A DNA stretch of 64,000 nt from Epiperipatus broadwayi (Eukaryota > Animalia > Onychophora). A program made the translations under genes and the position numbers. Numbering within the stretch: position 1 is the stretch's first letter; each line of letters starts with the position of its first letter. This document shows positions 1 to 13,649 of this stretch, one piece after another. The DNA lies in NCBI GenBank assembly GCA_028023455.1, contig JAQFVV010000005.1, positions 11,036,001 to 11,100,000 on the forward strand, written 5' to 3'. Below the pieces are notes generated by a model, which searched no databases, had not been told where the DNA came from, and saw only the letters and a program-made list of their open reading frames with translations.

Positions 1-3000
1 GCAATCTAACATTATTCACTGTATATTTATAAACTATTCCTAACAGACTGAAATTGTTAGATATGGTCTATAACCAAAATCAGTAACATGGATACATTAA
101 TAAAAAATATTAATTTTTTAAAAAAAAATATCTATCTCATATATTAAATCAGGTAATGCCTTTACAATAACAGTCATTTTATAATTTAAATTAAATTTTA
201 TGAAATATTAATTATGTTTGAAATTTGGATTCATTTTGTAATAATAAAATATTAATAATTAAGTCTTTATTTTATTATTTAAATGTGTATTCAATAACAA
301 TAAGTAGATACTGCATTAATAATTAAAATGATTAAAATGAAGAATATTGATAGATATCTATTGGTATGTACTATTATTCCATTGATTATTAATAATAAAT
401 AAAAGTTAATTGAGTAAATAAATAGTTGAGAAAAGATTTGTTTATTAGCGTTTGTTACCAGGTTCATTATATAACTTAGGATTATAGTTCCCTCCTTCTC
501 CAATGATATCTTCTCTAATATTCCCATGAAGACAGGATTCAATAGGCATTTTAATTATTAGATATCCAACTATTCATTTTAGAGATACTACAATCCATGG
601 TAATCTAATAGTTTGAAACTTTGGGCAGTCAGCATAGCATTTGTTATTATCCATTGTTTATTTATAAAGATATTAACTGAGGGAGTTATCTTCCTCCCCT
701 TCTATGATTTCTATTCACAGTACATTATAAGTGTTACAAATCCAGAATCTGTTGATAAAAATATGTAAAAGAAAACAAATTTTGAAAAAAAAATGTGTTC
801 TTTTTGCTGAGCTTTCTCTTTTGTTACCTAATATCAATAATAATACAGATTTTTAAAACATTAGCTCATGGAGTATGAATTTCTCTTTATTTTCAACTTA
901 ATTAAGTCTGTTATCATTTGATACAACTGAAAAAATGTAATCTTTAAATTTAATCAATAAATTGTTCGCTTACTCTCCATTGACTCAAACTATAAATATA
1001 CTTATTAAACACAAGATTTCTAATTGCTTTCTTTATTTATTCACTTATAGATTACAGACAGATAATAAATTATGACTGTGCATATCACATATTCCCATCC
1101 TTAGTAAAAAATAAAGAAAACAATTCCAAAACAACAATAGAAGATCACCACTACCAATTAGACTTTCCATCAATAACCTGTGATAAATTAAAACTAGATT
1201 ACCACAATAATAGAATTAATAATTATGTACAATTAATTATATGTCCTTTTTTTTTTATCCTAATTGGATATTTATAGAATAAGTCTACAACATTATGAGT
1301 AATAAAATCAAACTTTTCATGTGTACAAATAAGATTATGAATATACTCTATATCATAAATTGGATATTTAGTATTATATCCATAATGATTCATGCATTTG
1401 ATTGTAACCTTACTCTCATAAATTTACCACAAATCAATGGTGTTAATTTGTGATGGAGAAAAATTATTATATTCGCAGTCAAGGTATCCATATTTATGAC
1501 TATGTACCTGGTGATGATAAAACCCTTTAGATTTAAAAGGCTGCATTTTTAGGGTTAAAATTTTATATCTATAATTACCCTTATGATGGAATTCCCTTTT
1601 AAAGAAACATAGTCATTAACTTTAGATTGTACCATATCTAAGCTAATAAAATTTGAATGACTGCTCCATTTATGTTTCTAAACTTTTGATTTCTTGTTCT
1701 TATCTATTCTGTATTTTCTCTATCTCCTTATCATTAATTTGATGACATTTGTTCATCTTAACTTAGATTTTACCCTTGTTTTGGCATTCTAATAGATTGT
1801 CCCAACTCATATTGATCTTCTTTTATCTTCAGTACTAAGATTTTCTGGCCTTGTTTCATGTCTAGCTTAAGTTCTTACTAGCTTTGTTTCATTATTTGCA
1901 TAAGCTCATTATTCTTGTCATACTTTTCTTGACTTTCATTGAGCTTATTCATCAGATTTCAGCCTCACACTTTTCTTGGTTTTGTTTCATTTCTAGTTTA
2001 AGTTCTTTAATCTTTTTCCATACTTTGTCTCATTTCACTCAAGATCTGTAATATCACTATTATAGATTCATTTAAATCATTTTTGATGTGATAGAAAATT
2101 CATAAACTTCTCTTCCCTCTTAACACATCTAATCATTTTTCACTTTCGAAAGGTTATTTTTAATTTATATTTATTATCTTATTTTAGAAACAGAAAGAAC
2201 ATGAATTTCCTCCTCAATCCAATATCCTAGACTAAATAAAATTAATAATTTATTACTCTCTACTATGTTTTATATGTTATCCCTTATAACTTAATTAAAT
2301 TTCTATTCATATATTTCAATTTATATAAAAGATTCTCCCAACATAAATTCCCACAATAGCATCATTTCTCAATAGTGACTGATTTATCTATTCACAATAT
2401 CATTATTTCAAATTGATGCTTTTTTTTAATTTTTCAACTTATGTATAATATAGTCCAAATTTCATGACCCTGCTTAAAAGAATTTGCATTATGCTATTAT
2501 CAACAAATGCAACCAGGGTGCATCAATGTTTTCTATCTATCCTCTAAAATAACTAGGAGACAAATACATTGACTTTAAACACATTTCATTATTTATTTCA
2601 CAATTGCTTCTTAAGAAAAGCTTAATAACATTTATTAGTAATGAGCCCACATTCTTTTGACATCATACTAACATATAGCACATATTTGGTGCTTTCAAAG
2701 GCTAAAGCATAAATCCTCATTTTCATTATCAACTGGCAAGCCCAGGCATCAATATCTGGTACTCTGCCAACTCTAAATTCAAAAAACACTTAATAAATCA
2801 CAGGTACAAAATTAAAGTTATTATTTATCGAGTCAATCAATTAAATCTAACAAACACTAACATATACAAAATAGCTTATATTAATTGTGACTATATAGCA
2901 AATATTTTATATTTATTATATTACGACTCAAAATCTTTGAAGGGTTATGAATAAACACTCATGGCCCCACATTGGTTGCCAAAAATATAGTGGATAATTA

Positions 3001-4240
3001 TGGAGAAGAAAAGCGAATTCCCCCAAATGTCTTATGTATTTGGGCAACAAGGGCTGGCTGATTCACAAATGAACACAGATTTGGGTGACCCCTAAAATAT
3101 ATAATGGAAAAATCCTACACATGGATGGCCCAAAAATGTAACTAAAAAATAGATAAATGAATAAGCTGATCCACAAATGGATTTATAATTTAGAACTACA
3201 TTATAATGGACTAATGAATTTGTAAGGTCCAATGAGTCCAAAGATAAGTGTTTGTTTGGCAAAAAAAAAAAAAATTCAATAAATAATTTACTCACTAATG
3301 AGGTATAGTATGGGATATATAATTGAATATCTTAATAATAAAATAAATTGTGTAATAAAATAATTTTGTATAATAGAAAGGTTTATGCAATAGGTAATTC
3401 AAATTATGCCTAGATTAATAATAATAAAATATGTCCATTAAAATAGACATTAACTCATTGAAGTGGCTAAGGCAAATAACATCACTTTGATTCTAACAAT
3501 TTTGATCTAACATCATTTACTGTATATTTATAACCTATCCTTGACAGATTGCAATTGTTAGATATGACCTATAACCAAAATCATTAACATGCAGTTATAT
3601 AAGGATTAAATATGTAATCTTGCACACAATAAAAAAAATTTAATATTCATTTTTTTTATTTTTAAAATAATATCTATCTATCTCATATCCTAAATCAAGT
3701 AATACTTTTATAATGTTATTTTATAATTTAAACTAAATTTTATGAAATATTAGTTATGCTGTAAATTTTGATTTGTTTTCTAAAAATATGTCAATAATAA
3801 AGCCTTACATGTTTGATTTTACTATTCAAATGTGTATCGAATGATAATAAATATAGATTGCAATAATAATTAAAATTATTAAAAGAATTTTGCTAGATAT
3901 CTATTGGCATGTACTATTATTGCACTGATTATAAATAAATCAAAGTTATCTGAGTCAATAGTTTAGAAAAGATTTGTTTATTGGCATTTGTTACCAACTT
4001 CATCATATAACTTAACATTATGGTTCCCTTCTTTTCCCGTGATCCCATGATGACAAACAAAAACATAGGATTCAATAGGCAGTTTAATTATTAGATGATA
4101 TCCAACTATTGCTTTTAGAGATACTACAATCCATGGCAAATAAAATGGTTTGAAGTTTCAGGGAGTCAGCATAGCATTTGTTGGCATCCATTCCATTTAT
4201 TTATAAAGATGTCAACTGAAAAAATATATCTTCCTCTTCC
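1..4240. repeat. Segmental duplication X, copy 1 (about 3.5 kb unit plus the start of a second tandem unit at about 3500-4240)
   Basis: 1-400 aligns with 36617-37006; 405-1290 with 38776-39360; 1290-3500 with 41090-43400; 3500-4240 with 43390-44130. 3500-4200 is also a diverged paralog of 1-700. Aligned by eye; boundaries approximate. Confidence 0.9.
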
Positions 4241-5619
4241 TCCACATGAAAAGAACAATTTATAAATTTTTGGGATAATTAAATCATGTTCTAATCATGA
4301 CTGAAATAATGTTAATATTTTAAATCTTGTAAAAAAAAAACGAAAATTAATTCTGCTAATAATAAGAAGCAAAAATGAAATAACTCTTTTTATATATATG
4401 TAAAATTTCTTCTATATTATCTAACATAATTCATGATTACAAATAATTATTTAATGGTACTTTAAGAAGATGGGCTAAAGGAAAACGCGCTATTGTGAGA
4501 TCACGTTCTTCCCTAACATGTTTGCATAAGACCTATTTTCATTCTACTTTATTGTAAAACATAAGATGCCTGCCATCCAAAATAAGCAAGCACAGGAATA
4601 TTTAAAGGTGAATCAGCTAAGGATCAAGATGTTTACTATACATGACACCAGGAAACACCACTATGATCTATCCTTGCCAAGGAAAATGATTTGCTGAGCT
4701 AAACTGCTGTTGGAAAGTAACACACCTAACCATCAACTACTACTACTAGGATGATTTTATGAACTTTGTCCAACTATTATTTTTATTAAGAAATTAATGT
4801 TATAAATTTTTGTTTGATTTTTCTTTTATCTGTGTTGTATTTTCATACTTTGATGGGGCAATTCATGGTCTATGCTGCTAGAAGCCTCACTTTTCACAGT
4901 TAGCAGAGAAGATAATTTAGTTTTTTTTTTTATTGTAAATAAAATCTAGGTCAGCTGTTTCCCCACCTGCTTCACATCAAGTTATTCATATATTAAGGTA
5001 AGATACCCATTTATTTTTATAGATTAAATCACAACACTTGGTACAGAATTCACCTTATATGTTTTATATTGTTGATTAACCATCGTTATATATTTTTTAA
5101 GTGTGATCGATTAATCAACTAGTGTAAATTCCTATACCTATCATACATATATTTAAACTTATATTGGGGGGACTTGAACCAAATAGACCACTTTGCTGAA
5201 ATCAATAGATGTTTATTTTAGCTAGTCAGCATCACAATCATTTTAAAACATTAATGTTTATTTTTCTTGTACAGTTCATGATTTGTAAATAATGAGCGTC
5301 ATAGATGGATTTCTACCACGGGGTAAAAGGGATAGATCTAGAGAATTATTAGCTAACAGAATGGTAGAAATTCATATGTGACACATGTAAATATTTTTTT
5401 TTTATTATTACTATTGTTATAATACTTTATTTTAATTTCATTTATCATTGTCAATAAATGTTTAAGAGTTTATATTATCCCGGTCTCTGGTTTATTGAGT
5501 TGTCCTGACATTCAACAATTAACAAACGATTAAGCGTGTACACACATCTATTTCCTTGTCATTTAAGTTTTATAGTGAATCAAATATTTTAAATGCTAGT
5601 TGTAACCTATACAAACGTG

Positions 5620-6050
5620 CGGGGGTTGCTATGTATATCTGTTCATACCTGTTAAGGGAGTCAAAGGCAATATTATCTCTGGGCTCGAATATTAGGGCAT
5701 AACGGAATCAAAAAGGGGTTAAAAGTGGATGAACTAACCTAAATTGCATCTGATATTATTAAATAAATATAGAGCTAGTCAATTAAAAGCAAGTGCAATC
5801 ATTGGTTAGGCATTTCATCAGGTTTTCATCAGCATCCTACCCAAAGTCCGACCGTGCGACTTTTTCTCTTTCCAAGCCTGGTAGAACTCTGCAGACCGTG
5901 TCATCAGGGGCAATAAATCAGGGCACGATGAGCTATAGTCTCCAGACTGCTACATCTGCACAGTATGACAGTCCACAGGCTGTTTTCCTGTCCATTATGT
6001 CTGGCATGTGGGCAGGATCATATCCAAGTATATTTACTGTCACAATATAT
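5620..6050 (+). mobile_element. Decayed I/Loa/R1-type LINE 3' fragment (RNase H plus C-terminal Cys/His motif)
   Basis: Translates to LWARILGHNGIKKGLKVDELT (cf. RNase H WIPGHxGIxGNExxDxLAK) and IVSRLLHLHSMTVHRLFSCPLCLACGQDH (cf. the xxRLRxGHxxL...PxCxxCG tail of I-clade ORF2). Contains stops and frameshifts. Confidence 0.55.
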
Positions 6051-8530
6051 TAAAATAATGTGTAGATATAAAAGATCATTCCATATGCATTATCCAAGAA
6101 CTTTTATTATTATTAAGTTTCAAGAGTATAAATTTCTAGAACTTTAATACTGGTGAATAAATTGAGATGTAAATCTGAAATCTGCTTAGTTACCTATATT
6201 TCTACAGTGCAACAATTAATTATTACATGTATATATAATCAATTACGTAATTAGTATAACAAAGAATGAATTTATTATAAATTTGTAATCTACACATAAT
6301 TTTTAATTTTTGCGAATAACTAAACTATATTACTATGTAGAAGAATGTTAATTTGGTGATGGCACTGCAGGCAGCTTGGAGAAAGCAAGCTGCATTTTCA
6401 TTAGAACATACTCTGTATTCATAAATGTACTTATTAAGGGCTGTAAAAGGCAAAACAGTAATAATTGTAAATTTCATAAAATAACGCCTTTCTTACTGAC
6501 AAATATATACTAATGGTGAAGTTTGTAAATAATAAAAAAAAAGGACCTATATATATGTTTATTAATTATAAATAGCATAACTATTAAAAATTGTGTTTCA
6601 AATTTCATACTTTGAATTAAAGCAAGATGCAAACCTAGTTTCATTTATGGTTAACAATGTTTGGGACTTGACAGAGTTGCAAAAAGTTCCTTTGAAATTA
6701 GTCCTGTGAGCCTGATATTGTCATAGTTTATAATGGAAAGATTTGCCATTACATATATAATAACTTGTTTTCACAATAAGCTAAAAGAGTACTTAAATGA
6801 ATCATCATAATATTCATATACATATACAAAAGCATATCCCCTTACACTTAAAGATATAAAACACTTTGAAATAATCCGGTAATTATGATCTACAGAAAAT
6901 ATATATTATGGCAAGTTGGTGCACTCAGTTCCACATCAGATTGAATAGTCTGTTAGTTGTTAAATGCTTTTTAATATTAAGTAAAACAGCTAGCCAAATA
7001 AGACCAGTAAAAATACAACTTACATATTATTTGGACTCGGAAATATTTCAAATTACTTTTGAAGGGAAAATTAGGGATAAATAGATATTAAAAAAAAGGG
7101 GTGGGGAAGAGAACAGATGATATAATTAAAAAGAAAATCGTAACCTATGTCATATTTACTGGTCATAACTTTCATATAAATATAAAATATTATTGCGTTT
7201 ATTCGCTTCCCTCTTTGCCAGTAGTAAGGTAATTATTAGTTTTTGATATAGCCGCCATTAGTTAGTATGGGCTTAGGATGTTTAGTTCTGAGACTGAGCA
7301 TAATTATTACAATAGCTTAAAGTTTTCATTGCTTTAGGTCTTTCTGTCTAGACATCATATGAATTACGAGCGACCATAAACAATCACGTAAAATACATAA
7401 TAATAAACATGACAAAAAAAAATAGATGCTTTCAAAATTTCCAGTTATTCTAAATTCTGAATGTTTCTTACCCTTTTCATAACATTAATTTACATCTCTC
7501 TTTCATAGATAAAACTTGCTGACGAATATTATCTTCTTTAAAGTTTTAATTGTATCCAACATATAGATGTAATTGTTTCCGCTATTAAAAAAAAAAAAAC
7601 AATTATATTCAAAGCTCCTTTAAGCAATTTTTACTTCTATTTTACAATTTGAAGTATAATTATTTTCATTGGAAACGCAAATTATTTTACTATTATTTCT
7701 TAATTTAGAAAAAAAACCATCAATTAAAATTTTTAAAGAAATAAATGCAGTAAATAATAAAAAGTTGCAATTTACGATAAACGTTATATAAGTTTTGCCG
7801 CAGGATGAACTATATTTAGTTTCTTATATATATAATGGTTAATTCGAGACAAGTATAGAATAATTAAGATAGATTACAATAACTTTCCTCATTTTCGAAG
7901 TGCTAACGTTAACATTAAACATAGAATGCGACACTTGAGTAAAATGAACGTTATCAAACAATGCTAATCGGTAGTGAGGCATTGCACTAAATGAGCTTGC
8001 GGCGACATCTATCATTTTGTAAATTGTATGAATAATAAATTTTTTAAACAATTCTGTTTTTATTCTTTAAAAGGTAATTATTTCTTTTAATAACATCTGT
8101 AACTTAATTTCTTTTCCAAATTTTTTTCTTCATATTGTGTAAAGTCCTATTTAAGCTATTTATCTATTTCTAAGACTTTGTCCAATCCAATTCCTATTTG
8201 CCTTCATAATTTTTTAATTCCACTAATCCCTTATTCTTTGTATCTCTATGTTGCTGACGTTATCTTTTGGCTTATGTTACCATCTTTCAAAACTACATGT
8301 TTAAAATATATATATATTTTAATTCTCACTCCTTATTGCATTAGAAAACTTGTAACAAGTATTTTTCTTGGAGCTAATTTCATAGGTCCATAGAACAATG
8401 TTCTACTTTTATTAAAACTTGTCTCTCCATTGAAATTCTCACTTTATAAGTTAACTCAATTTTTAATAGTTCTAAAATATTCTATATCTCCTTGTATAAT
8501 GCTTACTGCTAATATTTTCTATTGTCTAGT
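6050..8530. repeat. Segmental duplication Y, copy 1 (paralog of 59540-64000)
   Basis: AAATAATGTGTAGATATAAAAGATCATTCCATATG at about 6053 and about 59541, then colinear to the window end. Copy 2 carries four extra insertions. Confidence 0.9.
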
Positions 8531-8880
8531 GAGTTTATGGTAAAAGTTTTAGTTGGGTTTATTCCCCATAACGTTCTTCAAGCTTCAACAATTAAATTCC
8601 TCACAATAATCAGATTTGCTGATGTTACATATATATGGCTAAATCATTAGATGCTGACATATCATCAACAAAACTGATGAAATGAGTCCTTTTATTCCCA
8701 ATGTTAATTCTATCCTTAACTAAACAATTTTCAAGTAACATCTCATAAATTAATCAAGAACTACACATTATTCCCACATATTATTAATTATTGTTGATGG
8801 CAAATTGCTATTTTTTAAAGCAATATATTCTAATATCTCAACATTAGAACTTTGCCAATTATTATTATTAAATGTGGTCA
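8040..8880 (-). mobile_element. Decayed RTE-like LINE ORF2 fragment (RT core and 3' region)
   Basis: Minus strand reads DRINIGNKRTHFISFVDDM (RTE-type xIxIGGxxIxxxxFADD) and a WNWIG-like motif further 3'. Many stops. Confidence 0.5.
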
Positions 8881-8934
8881 AGTCATCTTCCAATAATCAT
8901 ATGAATGATATATCTATTCATAAAATTTACCGCA

Positions 8935-9310
8935 TACACTAGTAAACTATCCAAAGGGTAGCACCACTCAGTGCAAGCTAGAGTAATTAACGGATGAAAG
9001 AAGGTTTGTGAATAAAATCCCTATCTAGTACCTAGTCATCCAATATCTCCAGAGAAGTTTCTAGCTTGTGGCTTTCATCAGTTAGGAATCTTGAATCTGA
9101 GAGCACTGCACCTAGATCCTCCATCAGCCACATTTTACTTTTTTAGATAACTATAAAGCATTGAGTCCAAAATGCAAACAAAATAATGTTTTCAAGCTAA
9201 ACTTACTAATGAAAGCCACAATCTAGAAACAAGTGTGTGGATATTGAATGAGTAGGCACTAGACAGGGATTTTATGCACAAACCTTCCTGCATCCATTCA
9301 TTACTCTGGT
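8935..9310. mobile_element. Family A hammerhead retrozyme-like locus A1 (old, diverged; inverted arms)
   Basis: About 8960-9200 matches the family A unit in one orientation; about 9205-9310 is an inverted copy of the ribozyme-proximal part. No TSD identified. Confidence 0.75.
9038..9096 (-). ncRNA. Type I hammerhead ribozyme, diverged copy (family A)
   Basis: Minus strand: TCCTAA CTGATGA A AGC-CACAA-GCT A GAAA CTTCTC TGGAGA. Core intact, stem II shows compensatory AGC/GCT (vs GGC/GCC), stem III mutated. Confidence 0.7.
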
Positions 9311-10883
9311 GATTATGTAATATTTGATGGTTCAATAGGAAACTAAATAGTGTCTAATTGCTTTCTCATTTATTGTTTGAAATATTGTTGCATTTTTGAC
9401 ACAACTATGATTAACTATTGTTAACATCGTCTTACATCATAACTGCTCATTATTCATAGTAATATAATGACATAATTAAAAAATAAACAAATGAAACTGA
9501 GATAATTATGATAATAAAAAACATAAAGACTTTCTAATTGGACACAAAAAATAGAAATAACTTATTTTATTTATTTATTAACCAAGTAATATAAAAAATA
9601 AATAACTCTAAACAAGTGGAACTTGTGCAAGGAGTTATTCATAAGTGTCATTATATTAATTACAAAAATAAAGCATATACATTAATTATCTAAAAAAAAA
9701 TTGTACAGAGAATAACTTACAAAGATTAATACAAAAAATAAATTATAAATATAAGAAATAGATATAAAAAGTTAATTGCACTAACAGAAAAAAAATATGT
9801 ATACACATTAATCAAGTACATTATACACAAATATTAAACAATAATTATTATTATTATTATTTATGATTGTTTATAATACAATAACCTAAGTTTCAAACAT
9901 TTTGAACATATAAAGAGAAATTGTCAACATTTTTGAGTAGTCAGTAACAAAAGAATTAAACATGCTGAAACTATTATAACTGAGTATCCTATGACTATTT
10001 TCCAAGTAAATATCTGGCAATGTTAATTTAAAATTCTTAGCTAAGTGGCTATTTACAATTAACACTTTTTGGCACAATGAGGAACAGCAATAATGTATAT
10101 CAATAATAATTTTATATTTATATAGTTTAAGAATAGATAGTACACTAGAATTTACACAGATATCATGCACAGACGTCCATCTAGGCTTATCAAAAATAAT
10201 ATGCATGGCATAATTTTATAAAGTATTTAATGGATAATGAGAAATTAGTACAATTATCCCAAATGGAGATATTTTATAATATACTTTGATAACAAGCAAA
10301 ATAACTAATCAAACTAGATGTAAGCAAGAATTTCACTGAAAAATAAAATAAGTAATTAATTTGAATAATTGAGAAGGTAAGCAGGCAATATGTCTTAATC
10401 ATGATATCCTTGAATCAATCAAAAAAAAAAAAAACCAAACAACATTATCAACAAAAATGATATTACCACACATATAAATTCTAATGGAATGAACTTTATA
10501 TTTGCTACAAATTCTGATGCTAAATGAATGTGAAGATTATTTATAAAAAAAATAGAATGCCTCTCATTTTATTATAACTGACAGTTAAATAATTTATCAT
10601 AATCCAGGTACTTTTTAATGCCAGATCTTTATTAACCACTTGCTTAAAAATATTGTATAAAGCGACATCACAAGACTGAGCAATATCATCGGCAAAAACA
10701 TAAATCACTTAATTCAAAGGTAAACTAAAAATGTTATTCATATCTATTAACAATAATATAGGGCCATGTACAAATCCCAGTGGAATTCCATGATTAACAA
10801 ATGTAAAATCACTAATAATACCATGAATTATAGTATCTTTTTTTTGTATTTTAGATAACTTATTAACCAGGAAGTAAAATGAT

Positions 10884-11165
10884 TATTAAAACAGGCAAAC
10901 CTCTCTATATGTATTGCCATTCAGTGCAAGTCAGAGTAATCAATGGATGCCAGAAGGCTTGTGCATAAAATCCCCATCTAGTGCCTACTCATCTAATATC
11001 CCCAGACTAGTTTCTGGCTTGTGGCCTTCGTCAGTGAGGAGCCTTGGTTCTGAGAGAACTGCACATAGATCTTTGATCTGAGTGGCTATACATATAGAGA
11101 GTTTTGCCTGTTTTAATAACAGGTTAAGAGCAAGCATAAGAAATGGTGATCATGTGATGTTTATT
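10884..11165. mobile_element. Family A retrozyme-like insertion A2 (282 bp, inverted arms, 13-bp TSD)
   Basis: TSD GAAGTAAAATGAT at 10871-10883 and 11166-11178. Left arm about 10884-11079, inverted right arm about 11080-11165. Confidence 0.9.
10991..11049 (-). ncRNA. Type I hammerhead ribozyme, intact core (family A)
   Basis: Minus strand: TCCTCA CTGACGA A GGC-CACAA-GCC A GAAA C-TA-G TC / TGGGGA. Stem I is TCCTCA:TGGGGA and stem III loop is palindromic CTAG. Predicted GUC cleavage between 11005 and 11004. Confidence 0.9.
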
Positions 11166-13267
11166 GAAGTAAAATGATCTTGAAAACCATGTGAACACAA
11201 TCAAGGTATAAAAACTGCATGATTGCCAGAGTTAAATACTTAGGATAAATCCAAATAAGCAACTGCTGTCTTGAGGTCCTTATCCAATGACGATGTTAGA
11301 TTGTATACACGATTATAAAGGGCATCCAAAGTACTCTGTCAAGGAGCAAAACCAAATTGGTGTTCAAAAATCACTTTATATATATTCAAATAGGACATCA
11401 TTTTATCCTTAACTATTATCTCAAATAAATTATTATTAACAGAAATGATTTAAGTAGCCCTATAATTGCCAATAATTAATGGATAGCCCTTTTAAAAAAT
11501 AAGTGTAGTAACACCAACTTTTAAACAGTCAGGAAATAGATTAATAGATAATAAAAAAAGATTAAACAATTAAATTAAAACAGTTATAAAAGAAAACTTT
11601 CATGTTTAAGAATTTGTGAAGTTAATTTATCTAAACCAGAAGAGTGAAGACCAACTTTATTTTCCAGTGAAACATACTTTGAAAATGTATTAAACACTGA
11701 CTGTAATAAACTACATCTTTGTTTAGAGTTAAGATTCCAAATAATTGATTAATATGCAATGACGAGAATAATGAATAACAAAAACAATTTGAATTAGTTT
11801 GAGTTTCTGAATGGTATTCTTGTATTTGGAGTTGTAACTTGGTTAAAAATATGAGCAAATAATGATTTTACAGGCATGGAAAATTGTGAACAAAGTTTGA
11901 CAATTTTATTCCTTACTTATCAATTAATAAAAAAAAATGAACACAATGTTGAATATTTTAGCCCTATGTGTTCTACTTACTTTCTGCCATTCTATTTATA
12001 CATCAAGCATGCACTGACAAATTGATGTTAAAATGAGCTCCAATACATCTGTAACAACCCTCATAGAAAACATTAAAGGTGGCATTTCTTATCTGCTTTT
12101 TTAATAGTTGAGTAAAAAGGGTTTGAGTATTTTTCCATCCATTCTTTACTCTTATCAAAATTTATAAAACATACATTGACTGTCCAATATTGGTCTGTTA
12201 GTTGGGTTGATACATAAATTCCAAACCTGATTGCAATCTCAAAAAATGTTTAATCCCTATTACATTATGAAGTTTATCATTTGAGGATTGTGTGTTAAAT
12301 ACATCTGAACTCAAGTATTTTTGCTCTAAGTAAGACCAAATATAATTAATATATTTTTAAAATATCTGAAGAGTTAAAGAAAAAAGTATTAGACTAGAAC
12401 AGGAGTGGGAAAACTTTTCTGATCACAGGCCATGTGAATTTCTGTAAATTTAGCAGGCTGTATATGATAAAATGTTTCATTTCCTGATGCATAAGATTCA
12501 CTCAGTACAGGGAAGTATTTTGATTATCTTGAAATTAACTTTCTATTTTCAATGAATTTTCATAAATAAAGTTTTCAAAATCTGTTTCAGGCAATTTTAG
12601 AATGAGGTATAGTATCTTATCCATGGGTTTATCTAAATCATTGTCCCATATTTGGTCTAAAATATCATTAATAATAAAATATAATTTGTCATTATCCTAT
12701 ATGAGATATATTTTAATACTTTGTTTATTAAAGAAAGCTTGACCATAATTGCATATCTATTGGTGTCTAAGTAACAAATGAAATGCTTGTGCTACAATTT
12801 GCAATTTTCTGCTAGTCCATTATTTTCAAAAAGCTATTATTCATGTGTTCTTTTTGAACATTTTTTTTTATTAATGCAAGATTTCTCAAATGACTTTTAA
12901 AATGTTTTCCTGAAGGTTTGAGATGATGGTGTTTTAAGTGTATTTATATGTTGGATTACTTCCATCATCTAATATGAGTATTGAATGTCTTAACAAAAAT
13001 AACTGTTGGTAACAGCACACAGGTTAATATATGGACAAGGTTTTGAGATATTATTCTCATGTCTTGTTCAGGTGTTGCTGGCCTGATCCATGACAGTACT
13101 AGCATGGGAATTGAACCTGGACTCTTAGATTTTTTTAGTACTGAATTTTAAGGTAATGTTCTAACCAACAGCCATCCTGCCAAAGCAAGTCAGTAGAAAT
13201 TTTATATACTTATCTATGAGGTTCCTCCTGATTTCTCCACTTTTTAAGAACAATGCTGAAAAGAAAA

Positions 13268-13561
13268 AACTGCATCTGTGAAATACGGTGTGAATGTGGA
13301 TAAACATATATTGGTAAGACCAGTTGTTCCAATGAAAAGCACTTGCATGAACTCAAACTGATGTTTAGAAGAGAGAAAACAGATGTGTCTAAAGTAGCAT
13401 ATCATGTATGCACCAATGAAAATATGTTCAATTGGGAAAATACAAAAACATTTGATAGAGCAGAAAAGGTACAAACAAAAAAAATTAAAGAAGCTGCTCA
13501 CATGACAATGACAAATAATTCCATATGTCAACCTAGTGTGATTATATATAATGTATGGTAA
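13268..13561 (+). pseudogene. Penelope-like GIY-YIG endonuclease fragment
   Basis: One frame: NCICEIRCECG*TYIGKTSCSNEKHLHE...SKVAYHVCTNENMFNWENTKTFDRAEKVQTKKIKEAAHM. Matches the PLE EN pattern YxIxCxCGxxYIGxT...RxxEH...SxxAxH...HxFxWxNxxIL...KEA. One in-frame stop. Confidence 0.8.
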
Positions 13562-13649
13562 TTGCTAATCAACTTTGCTCTTAGAAAAAAAATGTGAAGA
13601 AATCAGGAAGAACATCGAGTATATGAAATTTCTACTGACTGTTGCCTTT

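Larger units (their letters stand above)
10560..11420 (-). mobile_element. Decayed CR1/L2/Jockey-type LINE reverse transcriptase, split by retrozyme insertion A2
   Basis: Minus strand reads HQFGFAP*QSTLDAL...AYLDLS*VFNSGNH...GFQDHFTS, then the insertion, then WLISYL...HGIPLGFVHGPILLLIDMNN...YVFADD. Confidence 0.8.

Noticed and set aside
5815-5835. CTGATGA matches outside the retrozyme units (here, and about 1950, 8675, 20519, 52500)
   Set aside because: No stem II plus GAAA or stem I pairing follows; chance heptamers.
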